Positions 35,357 through 43,645 of a stretch of DNA of 64,000 nt are shown here, in pieces (the first letter of the stretch is position 1; each line of letters opens with the position of its first letter). Position numbers and translations under genes: made by a program. The notes beneath the pieces are model-generated. The model made no database searches. It was not told the origin of the DNA and saw only the letters and a program-made list of their open reading frames with translations. Source of the stretch: a virus (lineage: Duplodnaviria > Heunggongvirae > Uroviricota > Caudoviricetes); IMG/VR virus record IMGVR_UViG_3300025000_000063, positions 64,001-128,000 of that record; one strand, written 5' to 3'.

Positions 35357-36474
35357 AACGTAAAAATAAAACAACACGGCCAGTGACCACTTCAACAATC
35401 CCCCCAATCCAATATATACAATCTATCGAATTAAAGAACGTCCAATGCCATAAACATGCTTTATTAAATTTCAGCCCCGGTGTGAATATGATTATCGGCC
35501 CAAGCGACCACGGTAAATCTGCAATCTTTAATGCTTTTTACAAAATCATTTCCAACAGGCCGGCAGGTGATGAATGGAGAACATGGCATTCAAAGAAATC
35601 TGAAATTGAAATGATATTAAGCAATCAAACAAAAATCAGGTATGAAAAAGCCAGTCAAGCAGCATATTTCTTAAAAGAACCCGGGAAAGATGAAATACAG
35701 TTTAAAGCATTTGGCCAAAATGTTCCAGAAGAAATTGCCAAGATCTTGAATATGGATCAAAAAGTAAATATCCAAAGACAACTGGAAAGGGGGGTGCCTA
35801 TCTTTTTAATTGCGGAAAGCCCAGGGGATGTTGCAAAGCATTTTAATTCTGTTGCCGGGTTTGATGTGATTGATTCTGCCATTGCTAAAGGGAAATCATC
35901 TATCCGGGTGAACGAGCAAAAACTGAATGAACTCAAATCAATCCATAAGAGCAAAACAGAAGAATTGGCAAAGTATGTGCAGTATATCAGGTTAAATATG
36001 CTGCTGGTTAAAGCCGAAAAGCAACAAGAAAAGATAACAAATAAAAATGAACAATTTCAGGCAATACAGGATTTGGTATACGATATCCAAAAAAAGCAAA
36101 GGGAATTATTCCCTTTGAATAAAAAATTAAAGCTTATTCCTTTTATAAAAAAGGCGGATATCTTGTATAATAAAACAAAGGAAAATTTAAAGCAAAAAAA
36201 CGAGATTGAAATGCAGGTAGGTAAGGTTATTAAAAATCAGGAAACATTAAATTTTATAAGCAAAAAACTTACTGTATCTGGACTGGTTGACCGGGCTTCA
36301 GTTTTCTTTAAAATTATTCAGGGGAAACTGGATAAAAAGAAAGAATTAGAATTGCTGGTACGGCAAATAACAGAGCAACAAAACGAAGTGAAAATGATGC
36401 TAAAGAAATACAAAGAAACTAAAACCAAGTTCAAAGAATTAATGCCGGAACAATGTCCGCTCTGCGGGAAATAG
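35353..36474 (+). CDS. SbcC/Rad50-like ATPase, N-terminal half ending in Zn-hook
   Basis: IIGPSDHGKS Walker A, coiled coil, terminal CPLCGK. Confidence 0.88.
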   Translation: MKRKNKTTRPVTTSTIPPIQYIQSIELKNVQCHKHALLNFSPGVNMIIGPSDHGKSAIFNAFYKIISNRPAGDEWRTWHSKKSEIEMILSNQTKIRYEKASQAAYFLKEPGKDEIQFKAFGQNVPEEIAKILNMDQKVNIQRQLERGVPIFLIAESPGDVAKHFNSVAGFDVIDSAIAKGKSSIRVNEQKLNELKSIHKSKTEELAKYVQYIRLNMLLVKAEKQQEKITNKNEQFQAIQDLVYDIQKKQRELFPLNKKLKLIPFIKKADILYNKTKENLKQKNEIEMQVGKVIKNQETLNFISKKLTVSGLVDRASVFFKIIQGKLDKKKELELLVRQITEQQNEVKMMLKKYKETKTKFKELMPEQCPLCGK

Positions 36475-36482
36475 GACGTTTT

Positions 36483-36683
36483 ATGAAATTTGAAATGACA
36501 CATAGATTTTTCAGGACTACTCAGGAATTTGATGAAAACACTGCGCCAGACTGGCTTACAAGTGTTAATTCAATCAAAGGATCTACTATGGATCAACGAT
36601 GGTTTTGGGAAAACTATATTTTAACATTAGCAGCAGGGGAATCAATTAAAACAGACTTTCAAATTATAAAAAGGATTTTATAA
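36483..36683 (+). CDS. Hypothetical protein
   Basis: ORF in operon orientation. Confidence 0.5.
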   Translation: MKFEMTHRFFRTTQEFDENTAPDWLTSVNSIKGSTMDQRWFWENYILTLAAGESIKTDFQIIKRIL

Positions 36684-36684
36684 T

Positions 36685-37137
36685 ATGCAAACAATGGAAG
36701 AAGAAAATGCGTATTGTACTTTAAAACAGTTAGTATCGCCAGAGGAACTAAATACAGCTATTGAGGTAAGTGATACTTACCAAATATCACTGCAGTATAT
36801 CGCTGAATACGTAACAATAAATGGAAAGCTATTTATTCCGGAATTGTACCAATTTCAAAAAGCAATTGACCAATTTAAAACAGCTTTGTGCGATGCCATA
36901 TGTATCGCTCTCCCATTTTTAAGCAGAAATAAAGGAGGCTGCATGCAAACGAACAAAAAGAAAAGAGAAAAAGAGGACCCTGTAATGCCATTTGGCAAAT
37001 ACAAAGGTACCCGAATTTCAAAACTGCCATCCAATTACCTTTTATGGATGGCTGAAAACATGGCAGACGGTGGATTGTGCTACGCTGCTGATACAGAATA
37101 CCAATTGAGAGAAAAAGAAAACTCGCATCATAATTAA
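36685..37137 (+). CDS. Hypothetical protein with C-terminal MPFGKYKG (DUF3820-like) module
   Basis: MPFGKYKGTRISKLPSNYLLW; possible internal start at 36943. Confidence 0.6.
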   Translation: MQTMEEENAYCTLKQLVSPEELNTAIEVSDTYQISLQYIAEYVTINGKLFIPELYQFQKAIDQFKTALCDAICIALPFLSRNKGGCMQTNKKKREKEDPVMPFGKYKGTRISKLPSNYLLWMAENMADGGLCYAADTEYQLREKENSHHN

Positions 37138-37146
37138 GAGGCTGAA

Positions 37147-38049
37147 ATGAAAAAGAAAAGAAAAGCAGATGCCATTATCTCAGGGGATTGGCATTTGATG
37201 GAGGAAGAAAGAACTCCCCCTTGCCGCCTGGATTCTATTTGGGAAGCACAGTGGAATAAAGTGGACCAAATATCTGAGCTACAAAAAGAGCATGAATGCC
37301 CCGTAGAGCTTTCTGGTGACCTGTTTGACCATTGGAAAGCATCCCCAAATTTAATTAATGCTTGTTTTGCCCATTTTCCTAAACACATGCAAACAATTAT
37401 CGGGAATCATGATCTTGCACAACACAGTCTTGGGCTGTTGCATAAAACAGGTATCGAAATACTTTTCAGGTCTGAATTGATTCATCCTATTTTAAATGCT
37501 GGCCATTGGGGGGTAGAATTAGATTCCTTATACCCAGTACGACTGCGTGATTATGCCACTGGGAAAGTGGTAAAGAAAAAAGCAGTTATACTGCATACGA
37601 TGACCTGGAAAGATGAATTACCATACCCAGGCTGTGAAGACCCGCAATGCAATAAATTATTTGATTTATTTCCAGGGGCTGATCTAATTATAACCGGGCA
37701 TAATCATAAAACATTTACGGCTAAAAAGGGCAAGCAACTTCTTATCAATCCAGGGTCTTTAACCCGCCATGATGCAGATCAAATGGACCACAAGCCATGT
37801 GTATTCCTTTGGTACGCGGAAGATAACTCGTTTGACATCCATTACCTAAGGATTAACGAAAATGCGATGTCCAGAGAACACATTAAAGACCGGAAAAGAA
37901 AAGAAAAACAAGTAAACGATTTTATGGAGAAACTGCAAGGGTCATGGAAAGTCAGCCTGTCTTTTGAAGAAAATATTGAACGTGCTTTGGAAAAAAATAA
38001 AGTACCCCAAAGCATCAAAGAAATAATTTTAAAATGGGTGGGAAAATGA
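37147..38049 (+). CDS. sbcD: SbcD/Mre11-like metallophosphoesterase nuclease
   Basis: GDWH, GDLFD, GNHD, GHNH. Confidence 0.9.
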   Translation: MKKKRKADAIISGDWHLMEEERTPPCRLDSIWEAQWNKVDQISELQKEHECPVELSGDLFDHWKASPNLINACFAHFPKHMQTIIGNHDLAQHSLGLLHKTGIEILFRSELIHPILNAGHWGVELDSLYPVRLRDYATGKVVKKKAVILHTMTWKDELPYPGCEDPQCNKLFDLFPGADLIITGHNHKTFTAKKGKQLLINPGSLTRHDADQMDHKPCVFLWYAEDNSFDIHYLRINENAMSREHIKDRKRKEKQVNDFMEKLQGSWKVSLSFEENIERALEKNKVPQSIKEIILKWVGK

Positions 38050-38267
38050 AAAAACAAGAAGCTGCCAGGGTGCTAAAACACATCCGCAAAAATTGGTTTA
38101 ATGTGTATGCTCCGTTGAATGATTGTATGTTTGATCAGGAAGTTACCGTAGGAGAGAAATTTGATGAAGCTCTAAAAGTTTTATTATCCAGGAAAAAGAA
38201 AAGAAAAAATACAGTACCTTTAAAAGAATATTTTGACAAACCTGCAAAAGAAGATGTAAAGGATTAG
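38046..38267 (+). CDS. Hypothetical protein
   Basis: ATGA overlap. Confidence 0.45.
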   Translation: MKKQEAARVLKHIRKNWFNVYAPLNDCMFDQEVTVGEKFDEALKVLLSRKKKRKNTVPLKEYFDKPAKEDVKD

Positions 38268-38467
38268 TAAAATGAACATCAAGGCGCCATTTCAAGAAAA
38301 TAACATGGGAGACTGTCATATTTAAAATGGGTGAATAGGTGATTTATGTTTTGGCACTGGTTATACTGGCAATCAGAAGTGTCGTTTGAAAATGATATGA
38401 ATAAATGCTTTAAAATGATTTTGAGGACACTCACTGGGATCAATAGAAATAGAGCAAAGGATGACAA

Positions 38468-38770
38468 ATGAACCAAACACAAATTAAAAGCACCCTGCTT
38501 AGATATCAAGAAGAGATGGAAAACCTCGGTAAAAAAGCTGAGCGGGTAAAAGGGTCATTGGAGTCTGATTTTAAAAAACTGAATGAAATACTCAAGGTAG
38601 ACAAAGAAACGGAAGAAGAAATACTGGAAGAAGCTAACAAAGTCGTAGAAGAATTGCAAGCAGCTATTGATGAAACCAATGCACGTCTGAATGCCTTAAT
38701 GAAAGAAATCGAAGAAGAATATGCAAAGATTGAGGATGCCAATGAATCTGGTGAGTCCGATGAATCTTAA
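38468..38770 (+). CDS. Coiled-coil protein
   Basis: Heptad-rich acidic helix, immediately before SbcC C-half. Confidence 0.6.
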   Translation: MNQTQIKSTLLRYQEEMENLGKKAERVKGSLESDFKKLNEILKVDKETEEEILEEANKVVEELQAAIDETNARLNALMKEIEEEYAKIEDANESGESDES

Positions 38771-39380
38771 AAAGCTCCGGACATTCCTAAACAAAAAACA
38801 AGCCCAAAAAGAATACATCCAAAATGAAATTCAAAGCTTAGAAATAAGTATTAAAAAGCAAAAGGTTCTTTTATTACAGGAACAGCGGGCGCTTGAGTTC
38901 ATCAAAGAAATTGCGATACAAACACAAGGACAATTAGAATTTCAGCTCGGGGATATGGTTTCAACTGGTTTGAATACCGTGTTTGACCAAGCGTATGAGT
39001 TTCTTGTAAAGTTTGAACTACGCAGGGATAAAACTGAGTGTGACCTGTTCTTCAAAAAACAAGAAGAATTGGTTGACCCTTTATTGTTTTCGGGACTGGG
39101 GGCTGCAGATGTGGCTGCATTTGCTTTACGGTGTGCTTCTTGGAGTATGGTAAAAAAATACCGGAATACATTGTTACTTGACGAGCCGTTTAAGCATCTT
39201 TCTGTTAATCATCATGAAAGGGTCGGCGCACTGGTTAAAATGCTTTCTGAAAAATTAGGATTGCAGATTATAATGATAACCCATTCAGAAATAATGAGCA
39301 GGTATGCCGATAAAATTTATAAGGTTACAATGCAGAATAATGTTTCAAAGGTTCATCAAGTAAAAGACTTGCTTTATTAA
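38742..39380 (+). CDS. SbcC/Rad50-like ATPase, C-terminal half
   Basis: FSGLGAADVAAFALR signature, LLLDEPFKHLS Walker B/D-loop, ITHS H-loop. Confidence 0.88.
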   Translation: MNLVSPMNLKKLRTFLNKKQAQKEYIQNEIQSLEISIKKQKVLLLQEQRALEFIKEIAIQTQGQLEFQLGDMVSTGLNTVFDQAYEFLVKFELRRDKTECDLFFKKQEELVDPLLFSGLGAADVAAFALRCASWSMVKKYRNTLLLDEPFKHLSVNHHERVGALVKMLSEKLGLQIIMITHSEIMSRYADKIYKVTMQNNVSKVHQVKDLLY

Positions 39381-39397
39381 AATAATTAAGGTATAAT
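39369..39397 (+). promoter_or_regulatory. Sigma70-type promoter of endonuclease cassette
   Basis: TTGCTT-17 bp-TATAAT, followed by AGGAGG RBS. Confidence 0.7.
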
Positions 39398-39426
39398 GGC
39401 GCGAAATATATTATTATAGGAGGAAC

Positions 39427-40005
39427 ATGGTAATTAGAAAAAAGAAAGCGCCATTATGCAAATGTGGATGTGGGATGCCAGTAAAATGGAGCATCCCAAA
39501 AAAGAAATGGAATCCGTATTTAAAAGGACATTGGGTAAGGGGGCGGCAAGTTTCGGTGGAAACCCGAGATAAAATGCGAGAAATCGCCAAACAACGTGGA
39601 TTTTTTACAACGTATAATAAAACGCAAGAACACCGCGAAAAAGTTATAAAAAGCAACAGGTCCAGAGTATTATCGGAAGAAACTAAACAAAAAATAGCAA
39701 ACACGCTCCTGGGATTTAAACATTCTGAAAAAACCAAACAAAAAATGAGGGAAACAAAAAGAAATAACCCAAGAGTAGGAGAATTTGCCCCAAATTGGCA
39801 AGGAGGAATGCAAGAATACGGAGAACGTTGGTTTAGCACAATTTCAACCCAAATAAAAGAAAGAGACGGACGTTGTATTTATTGCGGTTCAACAGAAGCC
39901 GTGAAAGTGAATAATAAAACAGCAACAAAAATACAAATAAAAATAAAAAAGTATATTCTTTCTTTAAAAAGGGGGAAAAAGAAAATAAAAGAGTCCTCCG
40001 ATTAA
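39427..40005 (+). mobile_element. Free-standing NUMOD3/HNH-type homing endonuclease, apparently degenerate
   Basis: CKCGCG...YLKGH, two HSEETK-type NUMOD3 motifs, PNWQGG, ERDGRCIYCG but no HNH residues afterwards. Confidence 0.7.
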
Positions 40006-40151
40006 TGAAAATGCTTTCTGAAAAGTTAGGGCTGCAGATCATCTGTATTAATGATGAACGAGCAGCCCGGGAAGATATTATTGAATATGCAGATAAACTC
40101 TTTGAAGTAAAACAAACAAAAGGATTTTCTACGATAAAAGAAATTAAGTGA
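40005..40151 (+). pseudogene. Second, divergent copy of SbcC 3' end (48 codons)
   Basis: MKMLSEKLGLQIICINDER...YADKLFEV vs KMLSEKLGLQIIMITHSE...YADKIYKV. Confidence 0.8.
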
Positions 40152-40656
40152 TCGCTTTCCCGGTCAATTTGGCCCCTTTAGCCTGGATAATCATTCTAAA
40201 AATCCCCGGAGAAACCAAAGCCGGATTGATCCGGTCCCACTTGAACCACTGACAAAGCGGGGTGATCATTTCTTCAGAGCAAAAGGTCTTGTCCGGATCG
40301 TCTTTGCCTTTTAGTCCGAAAGCCACAATACCAGACCAATCATATTCCCTTTTCTTGGACGCGGATTCCCTGTAATATCCCATAACAAAATCATAACATT
40401 CCGGAGAAACTTTCAACGACCAGATTTCATAGGGCGTTCCTTTGGTATGTCCGGACCAATCGGCATAATCCATCCACGCCTTTATTCCGCCTTGGTGAGG
40501 CCACTGTTCAATAAGTTGTTTAGTTCCATGGACTTCCCGATCCATAACGGCAGAATGGGAATCCTGGTCACGGGTAAATTTCTGGATTATTTTAGAGGTA
40601 AGTGATACCCCCTGAAACTGAACATACTCAAGTGTTCTTGGTAATGCCAATGTCAT
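40144..40656 (-). CDS. Permuted papain-like (NlpC/P60, YiiX-type) amidase
   Basis: SHSAV ... YDW ... FCSE (His before Cys). Confidence 0.72.
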   Translation of the reverse strand: MTLALPRTLEYVQFQGVSLTSKIIQKFTRDQDSHSAVMDREVHGTKQLIEQWPHQGGIKAWMDYADWSGHTKGTPYEIWSLKVSPECYDFVMGYYRESASKKREYDWSGIVAFGLKGKDDPDKTFCSEEMITPLCQWFKWDRINPALVSPGIFRMIIQAKGAKLTGKAIT

Positions 40657-40856
40657 TTTATATCTTCCTTTCCCTTTTTGTCAGAAGATCCAAAAAAGAA
40701 AGTTATAATCCCCGTCAGCCCCGTTCCCAGAATAAACCCAAGGATAACCTCATTCGGCCGGGCTGAATCAACAAGGGTGATGATAAACACATACCCGAAT
40801 GACAACAGCACAATCAGAATCGCAAGCAGATATCTTAAAAACCATTTATCTTTCAT
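40653..40856 (-). CDS. Holin-like two-TM protein
   Basis: Two hydrophobic helices, FFFGSS, basic tail. Confidence 0.65.
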   Translation of the reverse strand: MKDKWFLRYLLAILIVLLSFGYVFIITLVDSARPNEVILGFILGTGLTGIITFFFGSSDKKGKEDIK

Positions 40857-41101
40857 TGGCGTTGCTCCTTCATAATTTTGGAAAGCTCCTTCACCAAGAC
40901 TTCATACATGGCCCTAAGTTCCAGGACTTGCTCCGGATCATTAATGGAAGCTCCGGTGGAAATCTCGTTGCCTGTTTTATCCTTGACTGTCATAAAAAAT
41001 CCGTTATCAGTCTTGCCCTGGAATCCTGCAAATTCAGCCACGCATCCCGTCATCAAAAATATCAACAGCAGGGTAGCCAATAAATATTTTTTATTTTTCA
41101 T
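40853..41101 (-). CDS. Lipoprotein (spanin candidate)
   Basis: MKNKKYLLATLLLIFLMTG|C lipobox. Confidence 0.6.
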   Translation of the reverse strand: MKNKKYLLATLLLIFLMTGCVAEFAGFQGKTDNGFFMTVKDKTGNEISTGASINDPEQVLELRAMYEVLVKELSKIMKEQRQ

Positions 41102-41372
41102 TTGACATCTCCGCCCTGAATCCGGTTTTTGTTTCAAAAATATTCACCTTATCGCCAGGTTTGATATAATCCGCGTCCCGGACTTCGTAATTAAACCCGT
41201 CCTCAAAAAAGAGCGTGGCTTTATCCTTGCCTATGGTGATGCTTTGGACCATGGCGGAATGGACCGGGGTTTCCCTCGTTAAAATGTCCGTAATTTCAAC
41301 GGCAGTATTCAATACACCGCATCCCGTCATTAAAAACATTGCTGCGATTAAAATCAAAAACAACTTTTTCAT
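41091..41372 (-). CDS. Lipoprotein
   Basis: MKKLFLILIAAMFLMTG|C lipobox. Confidence 0.65.
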   Translation of the reverse strand: MKKLFLILIAAMFLMTGCGVLNTAVEITDILTRETPVHSAMVQSITIGKDKATLFFEDGFNYEVRDADYIKPGDKVNIFETKTGFRAEMSNEK

Positions 41373-41541
41373 TTGAATCCTCTCTAATCAGTTCTTGTAA
41401 ATCATCCATCCATCCAGGCAGGCCGGTATGCTCATTCACCCACCCAACCACACACCAACACCGCACAATTCCGAAATTGTTATGGTCCGCTGTTATTAAA
41501 TTACCGTTGCAGTTAGGACAAGTGACGAACATATCAGCCAT
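41296..41541 (-). CDS. Small Zn-finger hypothetical protein
   Basis: CPNCNG...CWC; start overlaps endolysin stop. Confidence 0.45.
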   Translation of the reverse strand: MADMFVTCPNCNGNLITADHNNFGIVRCWCVVGWVNEHTGLPGWMDDLQELIREDSNEKVVFDFNRSNVFNDGMRCIEYCR

Positions 41542-41896
41542 CCACCTGGAAATGGATGTGATCTTTCATCCGTGGCAGGCCGTAATCTTTCGAAACAGCC
41601 TGAGCAATACCTATGCTTTCACCCGCCTTAACGCCTTTACCAATCAGCCATTTATGCGGTTTAAAGTAAAACATCTTGCCCTTAGACATCCCACGAGTCC
41701 ATGCTATGCCAGAAAGAGGTGAACCAGCTTTCGGGATAGCTTCTCGCTCGACTATAAGATCGAATGGAGCAACAACAATTTGATTCTCGTCACACAAATA
41801 ATCAACGCCATTATGTAGCCGGTTCCCCCTGGATGCCCCGTATTCCCCGGAGCCTTCTTTATCATTTCTGATGCCTTTGCCTGTTGGTGATATCAT
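41534..41896 (-). CDS. M23/LytM-family peptidase, endolysin candidate
   Basis: RLHNGVDY (HxxxD) and DHIHF (HxH). Confidence 0.82.
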   Translation of the reverse strand: MISPTGKGIRNDKEGSGEYGASRGNRLHNGVDYLCDENQIVVAPFDLIVEREAIPKAGSPLSGIAWTRGMSKGKMFYFKPHKWLIGKGVKAGESIGIAQAVSKDYGLPRMKDHIHFQVDG

Positions 41897-41911
41897 AATC
41901 CCCCTTATCGT

Positions 41912-42181
41912 TTATTTAAACGGAGTCCAGCCTTTAAAGAATGCAATAACCATACCCACAGAGATACCTATAGCTGAAAAAATAGCAATAACCGAATCTA
42001 TCGTTTTCCGTTTCAATAAAAATTTTGTGTCTTTTTCAATAGCTTTAAACCGTTCATTGCAGTTGGTTGGGTGTTTGTCAAGCTGCTCTATGATCCTTAA
42101 ATTCATGACGAACAACATCCCAAGTTTTGTTTTAACCGGTGCCTCATCAAAAACTTCTTTCGAATATTCATTTATGGGCAT
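41912..42181 (-). CDS. Membrane protein (holin-like, C-terminal TM)
   Basis: Coiled coil followed by one TM helix. Confidence 0.55.
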   Translation of the reverse strand: MPINEYSKEVFDEAPVKTKLGMLFVMNLRIIEQLDKHPTNCNERFKAIEKDTKFLLKRKTIDSVIAIFSAIGISVGMVIAFFKGWTPFK

Positions 42182-42299
42182 TCAGGGCTCCTTTTATTTT
42201 ATTATACAACACCACTATTCAAAATTTAAAAATCCCTCCAGCAGTATAATTAAAAATACTTTATTCATCCTTTCCATTCAGAGGAGGCTCTTTTTATAA

Positions 42300-42659
42300 T
42301 TAGCTCACAATATCCGTTTGCCCAACCAATTTATCAATGGTAAAAACACATTCTGCCGTAAGAGGTAGATCCGTTCCAGCGGATGAATCGTAAGCGGCTT
42401 GAAAAGAGATAACCCTATTTCCTGAGTCCCTGGAACCAAAAATAGCCAAGTCATCCCCACTGATAACCCAAGAAAGGCCTGTCAAAGCAGAAAGGGCAAA
42501 CGTTCTGTCATTGACGACTGTTCCGTTAGTTTTCATAAGCTGCCATTGAGGATTGTTGAGTTGCCCAAAAGTTAAGGCGATTCCATCTTCATCCACAGGA
42601 TAGATAGTCACAACAGCCGTGCCTTTTTCAGAAGGTTTTATGCTGATAAAATCAGTCAT
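42300..42659 (-). CDS. Hypothetical virion-module protein (beta-sandwich)
   Basis: Position and composition. Confidence 0.55.
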   Translation of the reverse strand: MTDFISIKPSEKGTAVVTIYPVDEDGIALTFGQLNNPQWQLMKTNGTVVNDRTFALSALTGLSWVISGDDLAIFGSRDSGNRVISFQAAYDSSAGTDLPLTAECVFTIDKLVGQTDIVS

Positions 42660-43062
42660 GGATTACTCCTTTTGCTATCCGGGGATGGATATGCGCTTTA
42701 AATTCTTGTAAAGTAGATGCATACTTTTTTATCAACATCCCAGATTTAAAATCATAGTCTTCGAGATAACATTTTTCACCATCCGTCCATCCCGCTGTCC
42801 AAATTCGGATAGCCTCATACTGATCAAATTTACCGTGTTTATAAACGGGCCGCTGCCCGCCCCACCGGAAAACCATAAAGAATTGAAAAGCTGGATTCTG
42901 ACAGGTAATGGAATAGGTATGTTGCTTCAAATGAGTATCCACTCTAACAACCTTTTCCCATTCCACTTGACGCCAATTTATTTTCCGGCTATCAGCGGTT
43001 TCCCCGGTAGCAAGGTGGTACTCTTGCCACCTGTCCCGGTATTGGGAGTCTAAGTGCATCAT
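42652..43062 (-). CDS. Hypothetical protein
   Basis: Overlapping start/stop with neighbours. Confidence 0.55.
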   Translation of the reverse strand: MMHLDSQYRDRWQEYHLATGETADSRKINWRQVEWEKVVRVDTHLKQHTYSITCQNPAFQFFMVFRWGGQRPVYKHGKFDQYEAIRIWTAGWTDGEKCYLEDYDFKSGMLIKKYASTLQEFKAHIHPRIAKGVIHD

Positions 43063-43634
43063 GAATAGCTGTACTTGAATGAAAATTGTAGTTCGTAGCC
43101 AGCATCAGTGCCTTTGTATGTACCGGTTGTTTCACTGGCAGCAATAGCGGCATACATAGCCCACATGACAACATCATCTGATGTTGTAGAAAGTACCATA
43201 TCGGCCCCTTCATCTGTCGGCCATACATTCTGTGCCGGTTCTGTTTCTGGCATAGTTGCCCAGGTGTAACTACCAACGACTGCATTAGCGACATAATTTT
43301 GGGTGTTACTGGGCGATGCCTGATCTCCTCCGGATAGAGGTTGCATTTTAATTACTGACCCGGCCTGATCGAAGCCATTGCTGGACAACCAAAGTTTAAA
43401 GGTCTCCACCTTGGTATTGCCTCCATCAGCGGTCACGTCCCATAGGATCGTTTGAATACCTGAATTTGCGGCACCACCTGAAATATCTACAGTGCCGAAA
43501 TCCGCCTCATTACCACTTGCCGTAGAGACAACCGCTTCACTTGCAATCGCGGCAAGTCTTTCCGCTGCGGTATCTAAGGCTGCGGTTGTAGTAGCCAACG
43601 GAATTTTCCTGAATCTTGTGGTTGGTTCTGCCAT
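43059..43634 (-). CDS. Putative structural protein
   Basis: RBS AAGGAG, beta-rich. Confidence 0.55.
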   Translation of the reverse strand: MAEPTTRFRKIPLATTTAALDTAAERLAAIASEAVVSTASGNEADFGTVDISGGAANSGIQTILWDVTADGGNTKVETFKLWLSSNGFDQAGSVIKMQPLSGGDQASPSNTQNYVANAVVGSYTWATMPETEPAQNVWPTDEGADMVLSTTSDDVVMWAMYAAIAASETTGTYKGTDAGYELQFSFKYSYS

Positions 43635-43645
43635 GGTTTTTCTCC

